Positions 1 to 8,304 of a stretch of 64,000 bases of DNA are shown here, piece after piece. Each line of letters begins with the position of its first letter. The stretch's first letter is position 1. The stretch is from Obrimoposthia wandeli (Eukaryota): assembly GCA_977020255.1 (NCBI GenBank), contig CDROCS010000253.1, positions 3,100,001 through 3,164,000 on the forward strand, read 5' to 3'. The position numbers and the translations under genes are program-made. Under the pieces are notes generated by a model. That model was not told the DNA's origin. It ran no database searches and was given only the letters and a program-made list of their open reading frames with translations.

Positions 1-492
1 ATCTTGTTGCGCCAGCAGATCTTGTGGAAAACGATGATCCCAAGCGGCTTTTAAATGTTCTAGATATGCACAAGCAGCCGCCACGGGTGATAACTTACTC
101 ACTTCATCTGGGCTATTAAAAGGTAAAAAATCACTGTGGCGATCAACACCGCTATGACATAACCAACTTTTAGCACTCGCGATTAATCGCAAGGGCGTTT
201 TACTGCCTAAATGACGCGCCATTGCGCCAACAATCAAGCTTGGTTTTGATTGCCAAGGTAATGCGATGTCGCCCTCAGCTAATTCAGCTTCATGGGCTTG
301 GTAAATAAAAGAAGGTAATTGTGATTTTTCTTCAACGCTGCCCGGTGTGCTTAATTGCGGAATGGCTAATACTTGATGAGTTAATTGCTCTTCATCACTG
401 CTTAAGTCGACATACGAAAGCACACAATGTGTGGTACCGAGATCGATGCCAACACTATAATGCGCATTATTTTCAGTGATTAACTGACTCAT
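1..492 (-). CDS. Hsp70/DnaK-related protein, 5' part only (runs off the window edge)
   Basis: Not in the ORF track. Manual translation from the ATG at 492 (ATGA overlap with the upstream stop) gives MSQLITENNAHYSVGIDLGTTHCVLSYV..., the Hsp70 phosphate-1 motif GIDLGTT; open to position 1. Confidence 0.9.
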   Translation of the reverse strand, partial: MSQLITENNAHYSVGIDLGTTHCVLSYVDLSSDEEQLTHQVLAIPQLSTPGSVEEKSQLPSFIYQAHEAELAEGDIALPWQSKPSLIVGAMARHLGSKTPLRLIASAKSWLCHSGVDRHSDFLPFNSPDEVSKLSPVAAACAYLEHLKAAWDHRFPQDLLAQQD

Positions 493-1136
493 AGTTCCAC
501 CTCCGCAGGTGCTAGAATGCGGGTATTATGATCAACCGATAACTTAGGTAATCTAATATCAGTCACTTGCCAGCCACGATGGACCAACGTACCGTTAAAC
601 GGTGCCTGTCCCATGACATTGCCGGTTAAACGAACCTGTGAGGCATCAAAACCAACCGGTAAACTAATGCGACTTTCTTCTTCTTCGTCACGTACGGCGG
701 CAAAGCTAAAATAATCAGCCAGCACTTTATGACTACCACTGTGGATCACACGTGCTGCGGCACCAATTTCAGCATCGCCAAAACCAGATAAATCTTCTTG
801 GACAAAATCAATAAAACGCGCTTCTTGTTGTAATAAGGCTAACAATTGTAATGCGGCGTCTGGCGTTGCTTCTTTTAATGTTTTCTCGACTTCCTTGATC
901 ACTTCGACCGTTTTAATCACTTCAACTAGCTTTTCAACTTCTTTGATCACTTCAACCGTTTTGATGACTTCTACCGGTTTTTCAACTTCTATTTCCTTAG
1001 TTATTTCCTTTACCACCTCAACAGTTTTTTCACCGCCTTTAGTGATATAAAGAATAAAAAATATCAGGATGAAGACCATCAGCCCACCATGGCCCATATC
1101 GAGTGTGGTTGGTATCGCCATAAAATCAAAGTTCAT
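489..1136 (-). CDS. DUF2760-domain protein with N-terminal TM helix and repetitive VEVIK linker
   Basis: C-terminal LQLLALLQQEARFIDF...GTLVHRGW typical of DUF2760; translationally coupled to the Hsp70-like gene. Confidence 0.8.
   Translation of the reverse strand: MNFDFMAIPTTLDMGHGGLMVFILIFFILYITKGGEKTVEVVKEITKEIEVEKPVEVIKTVEVIKEVEKLVEVIKTVEVIKEVEKTLKEATPDAALQLLALLQQEARFIDFVQEDLSGFGDAEIGAAARVIHSGSHKVLADYFSFAAVRDEEEESRISLPVGFDASQVRLTGNVMGQAPFNGTLVHRGWQVTDIRLPKLSVDHNTRILAPAEVEL
882..977 (-). repeat. Two tandem 48-bp in-frame repeats (VEVIKTVEVIKEVEK)
   Basis: Peptide is duplicated exactly while the DNA copies differ at synonymous positions. Confidence 0.85.
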
Positions 1137-1502
1137 TGGTGTCTCTCACTGTAAAAAAATAATAAATAAACACGGCATGTGCTCGTTAACACAGATAAAA
1201 GTGATGCTAAACAGCCAAACCGTAAATTTTGCTAATTCTATCATGTCCCGCCCTAAGTCGCTCAAATCTTGTAAAAAGTACGTGCTATATTGTGACTATT
1301 TAACAAATTATCTTAAGGATGCGAGTAATTAATCAGCAACTCACGTTTTAGGTGGCATGGTTTTCAATCAATAACCGTCTATCTTTAAAACAGCGATGAA
1401 ACATTCGAATAATAAAGCAGCTAAAAAACATAGAATTTATCTATTTTATAATGCTTGCTGGTTCTTTTAAGGTATGATTATCCCCTTTTTTGCACAAAAT
1501 AA

Positions 1503-2567
1503 ATGTTGGCTAACCTGTCATCATTTGCACCGAGATACCGATTCTGTATGCTTTACAACGATAATTTACCTGTTAGATATCCAAAGTCTAAATTCGCCAT
1601 GTGGACTGCCTATAGTTTCACCTCCGCATCTGTTTTAACGTCCATCTTCTTTTCATTATTATTGTTTTTATCCATTGATGACGATCCCGTCATGAGAACA
1701 TTATTTGGTGGGCTCGCTATTATTTTTGAATTAGGTAAGTTTTTTGCCTGGTATGAAGTGGGTGAACGTAAATCGCGCCGCAATTATTCAGGGGCTTTTT
1801 CTGCTTTTATTTTCTATGGGATTTTAGCTGCGATTTCAATTGGTGGCTCGGTCGGTGGCATTAACAGTGCGACCAATAAAGCCCAAAACCATGTCAATAT
1901 TCAGCAAAGCCAAATTAATGCTTTTAATCGTCAAATTACGGGGATTGACCAGCAAATTGCATTAAATAACCAAGGCGCACAAAAATATATTGAATTAGAG
2001 CTTATTTCAACAGGTTTGAGGCGTATCCAAAAAGCAAACGATTCGTTACGCCAAGAGCAACAAACGCTCGCGCAGGAACGTGATAACTTGCCCGTGGTGA
2101 CACAAGGTTCGGTACTCGGCTTAATCGACAGTTTGGCTCGATCATTCAATATTGATTCACAAACAGCACAGCTTGGCTTAGTGGTGTTTCTTTCTGTCTT
2201 ACTCGATTTTTTTGCCGCCTTTTTTATTGGCCTGATTGGTGAAGAACAGCGATTTTGTCAGCGTTTCCGCCATACCAAGGCCGTCACGATTGAGACAGAC
2301 GAGGAGTCTGCACGACCAAAATTACTCACTCACCACGTTGGTGTCGACAATAAGACTGTTGAACCCATCACTAAAAGCTTATATGAACAGGCGGTTGAGG
2401 CGTTCGAGAACAAACATATTAATTGCAGTAAAAGAGCACTGATCCCTTTTTTAAATATCGATAGTGAACAGGCTCATGTGATTTTTGAGCAATTTATGGA
2501 TGAGGGTCTGGTCAGTAAAAAACCAAATCATCATTATCGCTGGCATGGTAAACCGATTGTAGTTTAA
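1503..2567 (+). CDS. Membrane protein: 4 TM + coiled coil + TM + C-terminal FtsK-gamma-like winged helix
   Basis: Hydrophobic segments, Q-rich coiled coil, C-terminus LYEQAV..S...L...L.I....A..I.EQ...EGLVS. Start codon uncertain (1503 or 1548). Confidence 0.65.
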   Translation: MLANLSSFAPRYRFCMLYNDNLPVRYPKSKFAMWTAYSFTSASVLTSIFFSLLLFLSIDDDPVMRTLFGGLAIIFELGKFFAWYEVGERKSRRNYSGAFSAFIFYGILAAISIGGSVGGINSATNKAQNHVNIQQSQINAFNRQITGIDQQIALNNQGAQKYIELELISTGLRRIQKANDSLRQEQQTLAQERDNLPVVTQGSVLGLIDSLARSFNIDSQTAQLGLVVFLSVLLDFFAAFFIGLIGEEQRFCQRFRHTKAVTIETDEESARPKLLTHHVGVDNKTVEPITKSLYEQAVEAFENKHINCSKRALIPFLNIDSEQAHVIFEQFMDEGLVSKKPNHHYRWHGKPIVV

Positions 2568-2637
2568 AGGATTAAGTCAGTATGACGAAGATAATAACTC
2601 TGTTGTACGGTAAATTCAGACGTTAATGGTTAGCCAA

Positions 2638-2674
2638 TAAACATCCCGCTGTTAAACACTCCGGGATTTTTATT
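2638..2674. terminator. Probable bidirectional intrinsic terminator
   Basis: ATCCCG...CGGGAT stem with T-runs on both strands. Confidence 0.55.
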
Positions 2675-2728
2675 ACTGCTATATTTTTCACTGCAACTGG
2701 TCTTATCACAACGTTATTTTGATTGCCG

Positions 2729-2856
2729 CTACCGCCTTATTTGCAATCGCTCGCACTGCTTCTGTTAATACTTCACTTTCTTCTTCTTTGACTCAGCGAC
2801 CAAGTATTTGTAGAGCAACATCACTTTATCGTTGCTGTGATTTATAATGGCGGTAG
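2729..2856 (-). ncRNA. Candidate multi-stem structured RNA (unassigned)
   Basis: Closing stem CTACCGCCTTAT/ATAATGGCGGTAG encloses three internal hairpins; no ORF of 60 aa or more here. Confidence 0.35.
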
Positions 2857-2919
2857 TTCGTCAGCTACTTATAAAGTAACTTAATTATCTAGGATCAAAC
2901 ACCTATTACAGGTTAAAAT

Positions 2920-2962
2920 AATAAAAAGCTAAATGGATTTATAATTCATTTAGCTTTTTATT
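2920..2962. terminator. 16-bp perfect AT-rich hairpin upstream of yafJ
   Basis: AATAAAAAGCTAAATG / CATTTAGCTTTTTATT. Confidence 0.5.
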
Positions 2963-3052
2963 TTCTATACGGCCTTTGTTACGGCCTCTGCTAACTTTTT
3001 TAATTGGTTTATTTTATTTTAATCAATTGAATAATAAAGGATTAATTGATTT

Positions 3053-3835
3053 ATGTGTGAGCTGTTAGCAATGAGTGCCAATGTGCCAACTGATATCTGT
3101 TTCAGTTTTAGTGGTTTAATGCAACGTGGTGGAAATACTGGGCCTCACAGTGACGGCTGGGGTGTGACGTTTTATGAAGGTAAGGGTTGTCGTAGTTTTA
3201 AAGACCCCATGCCAAGTGCACAATCTCCGATAGCCGAACTTCTGACAAAGTATCCGATGAAAAGTGAAGCGGTGATTTGTCATATTCGACAAGCTAATTC
3301 AGGTGAGGTTTGTCTGGAGAATACCCATCCTTTTGTTAGACAAATGTGGGGAAGAAACTGGACCTATGCCCATAATGGTCAATTAAAAGACTTTAATCAT
3401 GAGCTACCTATCCAATTTCATTTACCTATCGGTACAACCGATAGTGAACATGCCTTTTGCTGGATACTTGACCAATTACATCTTGAGTTTGGTGCCAAGC
3501 AAGTTGATGCTAAGCAGCTGTTTAGTTTTATTGCTTCACTCGCGGTAAAAATAGATAAGCTCGGTGTTGCTAATATTATTATCACTGATGGAGAATACTT
3601 GTTCGCGTATTGCTCTAATAATTTACATTGGCTTACGCGCAGAGCCCCTTTTGGTCAAGCAAGTCTTATCGATGCTGAAATGGCGGTCGACTTTCAAAAA
3701 GAAACCACCAGCAATGATGTTGTTACCGTTATTGCGACCAAGCCACTGACGGATAACGAAACTTGGCATAAAATGACCGCAGGTCAATGGCAACTGTTTT
3801 GCTTAGGGGAGCTCGTTGCTGGTGAGCGTTTTTAA
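3053..3835 (+). CDS. yafJ: Class II (Ntn) glutamine amidotransferase, YafJ family
   Basis: N-terminal MCELL nucleophile, DGWG, HIR, ENTHPF, HNG, GTTDSE motifs. Confidence 0.92.
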   Translation: MCELLAMSANVPTDICFSFSGLMQRGGNTGPHSDGWGVTFYEGKGCRSFKDPMPSAQSPIAELLTKYPMKSEAVICHIRQANSGEVCLENTHPFVRQMWGRNWTYAHNGQLKDFNHELPIQFHLPIGTTDSEHAFCWILDQLHLEFGAKQVDAKQLFSFIASLAVKIDKLGVANIIITDGEYLFAYCSNNLHWLTRRAPFGQASLIDAEMAVDFQKETTSNDVVTVIATKPLTDNETWHKMTAGQWQLFCLGELVAGERF

Positions 3836-4737
3836 TTAAGGTCGTAAAAGCTCCAAGCTATAAAGCGGCTTATCTTATTTCCTTGCGCCATGTTAATTAC
3901 TTTAACTTGCTTTGCATTAGACTTTTTTAAGTTAAGTTTAAGCTTGGATAGATGATCTTTTTTCGAGACTAAACAAGTAAACCAAAGTACTTGTTTTTGA
4001 TAAACTTTGCTTTCTTTAATCATTTTACCAATAAAGGCTAATTCACCACCTGGGCACCAAAGCTCTGCTTTTTGCCCACCAAAGTTGAGTGTTTTTTCCT
4101 GACTTTTAGAAGGTGGTTTCGCTTTATTTAAATTTCTCAATTTTCGCGTAGTGCCTTGGCTGGCTTCAGCCAAAGAACTGTGAAAGGGAGGGTTACATAG
4201 GGTTAAATGGTAAAACTCATCCTCAGCTATTATGCCGGTAAATATATGATTACTATTAGGTTGTAGTCGACAGTTAATCTTTTTATCTAACGATTTATCC
4301 GAGGATATAATGTGTTGTGCAACTTTTATTGAAACAGGATCAACATCTGAGGCAACAAAGTGCCAATCATATTCTCTTTGACCTAAAATAGGGTAAATAC
4401 AACTTGCCCCAGTACCTATGTCTAATACTTTGACGGGTGTTTTATTCGGTAGCAACATCTTTGGTGTTGTCGCTAACAAATCATTTAGATGATGGATATA
4501 ATCGGCTCTTCCAGGGATAGCTGGGCAGAGATAACCGTCGGGTATATCCCAAAAACCGACATGGTATTCGCTCTTTAATAAAGACAAATTAAGCGACTTT
4601 ACCGCCAAGGGATTGGCAAAATCTATGGTATCTTGATTATTATATTCATTTTTTATAATAAATTGTGATAAATCAGGGTGAGCTTTAACTAAAGCTGTAA
4701 AATTATATCCCTGTTTGTGGCGATTATTTTTATGCAA
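3832..4737 (-). CDS. rlmF: 23S rRNA m6A1618 methyltransferase
   Basis: LCPAIPGRADYIH, LDIGTGASCIYP, CNPPF, ELWCPGGE motifs. Confidence 0.95.
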   Translation of the reverse strand: MHKNNRHKQGYNFTALVKAHPDLSQFIIKNEYNNQDTIDFANPLAVKSLNLSLLKSEYHVGFWDIPDGYLCPAIPGRADYIHHLNDLLATTPKMLLPNKTPVKVLDIGTGASCIYPILGQREYDWHFVASDVDPVSIKVAQHIISSDKSLDKKINCRLQPNSNHIFTGIIAEDEFYHLTLCNPPFHSSLAEASQGTTRKLRNLNKAKPPSKSQEKTLNFGGQKAELWCPGGELAFIGKMIKESKVYQKQVLWFTCLVSKKDHLSKLKLNLKKSNAKQVKVINMAQGNKISRFIAWSFYDLN

Positions 4738-4781
4738 AGTAGGACCGTTGTAATAAAAGAATGATTTAAATAGCAGCTTGT

Positions 4782-5264
4782 TTAATTGCTACTTGGCTTT
4801 TGGCCAATTTTAAAATAGCCATTACTGGTAAATTGTACGGCTTGTTGGCGTTTCTTACCTAATAAAATAGGACCATCATCCATAAATAGAAAGTTTTTCC
4901 AACAGCGTTGGAATATTACCCAATTTGTTTCTATTATATTATCGCGTGAACTGCAGTAGTAAACGACGGTATTTTGATCCCAGTCTAAATGGCTTTCAAT
5001 TAATTCAGGTAGTGCCTGGTCGTTACTGTCCCAAAGACCTTCCCACTTTCCTTGCTCTAACCAGTTATTTTTATCTGCAGGCCAATCGCCTTTTTTGAAA
5101 AAGTCAGGGTGATCTACTTGACGAGAAATAAAAGTGTCCCAGACAATATTTGCTCGTTCAACACTCATAGGTTTTATTTTGACTAAGTCATTTTCTGTAA
5201 TGGGTAAACTTTTATGCTTAAAAATCCAAGCATTTTTTAAACTTTCTAACGGTAGGTAATTCAT
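4782..5264 (-). CDS. DUF2947-like conserved hypothetical protein
   Basis: Trp-rich 160-aa protein (WKNFLFMDDGPIL); family assignment from memory. Confidence 0.6.
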   Translation of the reverse strand: MNYLPLESLKNAWIFKHKSLPITENDLVKIKPMSVERANIVWDTFISRQVDHPDFFKKGDWPADKNNWLEQGKWEGLWDSNDQALPELIESHLDWDQNTVVYYCSSRDNIIETNWVIFQRCWKNFLFMDDGPILLGKKRQQAVQFTSNGYFKIGQKPSSN

Positions 5265-5405
5265 TCATATTGCTCAAAAAGGGAAACAAGTTAATTATAC
5301 CCAGCAATAGCCAAATACAAAAGCGACATAAGGTAACAGATGGCTACATATAACCAAAAGAGTGAAAATGCGTTGATAACTCAGCTGCTTTCTTATTTAT
5401 TATCA

Positions 5406-5756
5406 CTAATCAGTGATATTGTGAGTGCTTTTATTAGCAATCCTATAAGCATCAAATGCTGCAATTGCCCAAATAACTAACAGCAAATAGCCAATCGTCG
5501 TAAGGTTAGGGTTTTCTAATGCTCCTTGATCAATTAATGCTTGGCGGATGGCTGAAATCTCTATGGGGATTTCACCTCTAATTATACTATCAACGACTTG
5601 TTGAGTTTTATCATGTATCTCTTTAATAAGACCGACTAACAAATAAGTAAAACTAGCAATAAAGCCTATTGATATTGCATATTTTTTTAAAACTAAATGG
5701 CCAATTCCGGGGAAAACTAGTAATGATAATAAGGTAACTTTGGTGGTTTTTTTCAT
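5406..5756 (-). CDS. Small membrane protein
   Basis: S.L.FPG.GH motif followed by hydrophobic helices and AAFDAYR. Confidence 0.7.
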   Translation of the reverse strand: MKKTTKVTLLSLLVFPGIGHLVLKKYAISIGFIASFTYLLVGLIKEIHDKTQQVVDSIIRGEIPIEISAIRQALIDQGALENPNLTTIGYLLLVIWAIAAFDAYRIANKSTHNITD

Positions 5757-5813
5757 GTTTTGTCGCAGATAAGACTATCGAAGTAAGCAGTATCTTATCC
5801 TGATAAGTTAAGT

Positions 5814-6020
5814 TATACCAATTGGACTCATTTATTGACCACTGGGCGAGAATTAAAAGGCTTAGGGACAAGGCATTGATTGAATAGAATGGTGGTTCAG
5901 GAAAATATGCTCAGGATATTATTCCTGCATTATCTAATAACACCATCGATGTAGTACTCTTACAAATAGTTGCCATTATGTAGTCTTGCTGTTCAAGCGA
6001 TAATTTGATGGGGCCAAGCT
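5814..6020. repeat. Degenerate MITE-like intergenic repeat (TATACCAATT terminus) sharing the AGGCATTGATTGAA-AGAAT core with the ERIC-like copies
   Basis: Core matches the elements at 14652, 19071, 31522 and 40627; right end eroded, so the end coordinate is approximate. Confidence 0.6.
5899..5955 (-). mobile_element. Nested micro-element, longer variant
   Basis: Reverse complement ACTACATCGATGGTG-TTATTAGATAATGCAGG...AGCATATTTTCCT|GAAC aligns with the inserts at 14835 and 31702; same host site as 31702. Confidence 0.65.
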
Positions 6021-6075
6021 GTGCGATTTATTTGAACAAGAGAATCACTTTTGTTTAAAATAAATCGCCACTCAG

Positions 6076-8214
6076 TTATTTTTCGAATACTCGGCGAAAG
6101 GGCGGTAGTGAATCAAGTAACTGTTTCCCATAACGCTTAGTAACGACGCGTTTATCCAGCAAGGTAATAACACCTTCATCCATTTCATTTCGTAACAACC
6201 TACCGCATGCTTGTACTAATTTTTTTGATGTGTCTGGTACTGATAACGTCATAAACGGGTTGCCTCCTTTAGCGGTAACATACTCGGCCTGTGCTTGCTC
6301 AACAGGTGAAGTAGGTACCGAAAAAGGTAGTTTGGTAATAATTAGGTTATTGAGGTAATCACCAGGTAAATCTAGGCCCTCGGAGAAACTTTGTGTACCA
6401 AAAATGATACTTTCTTGTTTATCATCACAACGTTTTTTATGTTGCGCTATTATCTGTTGGCGCGACAACTCGCCTTGAACCATGATTTCAAGTTTATGCT
6501 CATCCCTTAATGATTCTGCAACCTTATTCATTTGCCAATAAGAAGAAAAAAGTACTAAACTTGCACTGCCTTGCTTGAGGTACTTTGGTAATTTTTCAAT
6601 GACTTCCTCAGTAAAGTTAGGAGCACTGGCTTCATTCTCCATCTTTGCGATAACGAGTTGAGAATTATTTTGATAATCAAATGGCGAGTCTACTTGCTGA
6701 TATTGACTACCATCATCATTTTTCAAACCTACTTGAAAACGAAAGTGATCAAAAGAGTTTAATGCACGTAATGTAGCGGAGCAAAGTACAGCGCCTTCAC
6801 ACTGACTCCACAACATATTTTCTAGCGTAAAACCAACTTCAATGGGCGATGCACTTAATAAATAATCTTGACGTTTGAGGGTGATTTTTTCTAACCAACG
6901 CGCCATTGGCGCACCTTTTTCACTATCTGTTTTGGCATACATAAACCAAAGTGATTGTAAATTCTCTAAACGCTGCAGCATAAAACCGGCTTCTGCAAGC
7001 AATGGCTCAGCGACATACATTTGTGTATCGCCATCCTTCACTGCCTCAATGAGTCCGTTATAAAGTTTATTTAAATGTGATAACGATTTTTTACTTAAAC
7101 TTTGTAAATCTTCAGCCCAGTTTTTTAACGTTTGAGGAATGATACCATTGTCGAATCGATAGACTTGCTCATCGTTTTTTGATTTGTTAGTAAAGTTATT
7201 ACTTTGCTGGCTTGAATCATTTTCCAAAAAGTAAACATTCGCATTAGCTTCAATAAAATTAAGCACTTTTTGCATTTCCATTAATAAATCTTGGCAATCA
7301 TCACCCAACTTTAATGCCGGAGAAATAGCATTTTTAGACTTAATCAATTTTGCCATTTTATCGCCGGTATCTCTGAGCTTAGTTAGCCATTCAATCGACC
7401 CCTTCAAGGTGATACTGGCACTTGAAAAGTCACGTGTCACCTTAGGTAAATGGTGTGCTTCGTCAATAATATAAAAAGTATCCTCAGGTGCAGAGAGTAT
7501 TTTGCCGCCACCTAACTCTAAATCCGCTAATAACAAACTATGATTGACGACTAATACATGGGCTTGATCCATGGTTTCACGTGCTTTATGAAATGGGCAG
7601 TGGCTATGCTCAGATAAGTTTTTTAAACAGCTATGTTTATCACTTTGAACTTGATGCCAAATATGTTGAGGTAAGTGTGTCTCCCAAGAATCTATATCGC
7701 CTAACCAGCTGCCATCAAGTAATGATTTATGCATTTTATTGAGGGTTCTAATATCTTTAGCATCTGGCTTTTCGGCAAAGGTAAACCCTGCTTGTGCAGG
7801 TTCATTACCTGAGCCTGTTGTAACCGCTTGTGTTAATTTTTGACGACAAACATAACGCTGTCTACCTTTTGCTAAGGTAAAGTCAAAATTAATCCCGGCA
7901 TACTTTTTGAGAAACGGTAAATCTTTATCAACTAACTGCTCTTGCAGTGCGACAGTCGCCGTTGAAATACACACTTTTTTATCATGAGAAAGAGCGAGCG
8001 GGATGGCGCCAAGACAATAAGCCAGTGACTTACCTGTTCCTGTACCCGCTTCAATGGCTATTATTTTTCTGTCTTTGCTGTATTCACCCGCTAAGGTCTT
8101 GGCAATTTCAGCGATCAGTAACGTTTGCTGCTTACGGGGATTAAAATGCGTTAAATTCTCGCCTATGGCTTTATATGCCTGACGAATTGTTTGTTTTAAC
8201 TTATCAGATAACAT
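6076..8214 (-). CDS. dinG: ATP-dependent DNA helicase DinG
   Basis: AEIAK Q-motif, EAGTGTGKS Walker A, DEAHH, SATL, GLDLPG, QACGRLLR. Confidence 0.95.
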   Translation of the reverse strand: MLSDKLKQTIRQAYKAIGENLTHFNPRKQQTLLIAEIAKTLAGEYSKDRKIIAIEAGTGTGKSLAYCLGAIPLALSHDKKVCISTATVALQEQLVDKDLPFLKKYAGINFDFTLAKGRQRYVCRQKLTQAVTTGSGNEPAQAGFTFAEKPDAKDIRTLNKMHKSLLDGSWLGDIDSWETHLPQHIWHQVQSDKHSCLKNLSEHSHCPFHKARETMDQAHVLVVNHSLLLADLELGGGKILSAPEDTFYIIDEAHHLPKVTRDFSSASITLKGSIEWLTKLRDTGDKMAKLIKSKNAISPALKLGDDCQDLLMEMQKVLNFIEANANVYFLENDSSQQSNNFTNKSKNDEQVYRFDNGIIPQTLKNWAEDLQSLSKKSLSHLNKLYNGLIEAVKDGDTQMYVAEPLLAEAGFMLQRLENLQSLWFMYAKTDSEKGAPMARWLEKITLKRQDYLLSASPIEVGFTLENMLWSQCEGAVLCSATLRALNSFDHFRFQVGLKNDDGSQYQQVDSPFDYQNNSQLVIAKMENEASAPNFTEEVIEKLPKYLKQGSASLVLFSSYWQMNKVAESLRDEHKLEIMVQGELSRQQIIAQHKKRCDDKQESIIFGTQSFSEGLDLPGDYLNNLIITKLPFSVPTSPVEQAQAEYVTAKGGNPFMTLSVPDTSKKLVQACGRLLRNEMDEGVITLLDKRVVTKRYGKQLLDSLPPFRRVFEK

Positions 8215-8253
8215 TATGGCTAGTTTCCAAAAAACAGGAGATCGGTTACACTG

Positions 8254-8269
8254 CTGTATATATTAACAG
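8254..8269. promoter_or_regulatory. LexA (SOS) box between divergent dinG and polB
   Basis: CTGTATATATTAACAG = CTGT-N8-ACAG; both genes are known SOS members. Confidence 0.9.
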
Positions 8270-8304
8270 GTTTGCTCGTGTCGCACGAAAAATTTAATGA
8301 TAAA

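Noticed and set aside
1069-1332. 87-aa ORF opposite the DUF2760 start
   Set aside because: Overlaps a real gene's 5' end and promoter; no motif or SD.
1503-2567. SecY-like translocase call for this membrane protein
   Set aside because: Lacks the 10-TM SecY architecture and motifs.
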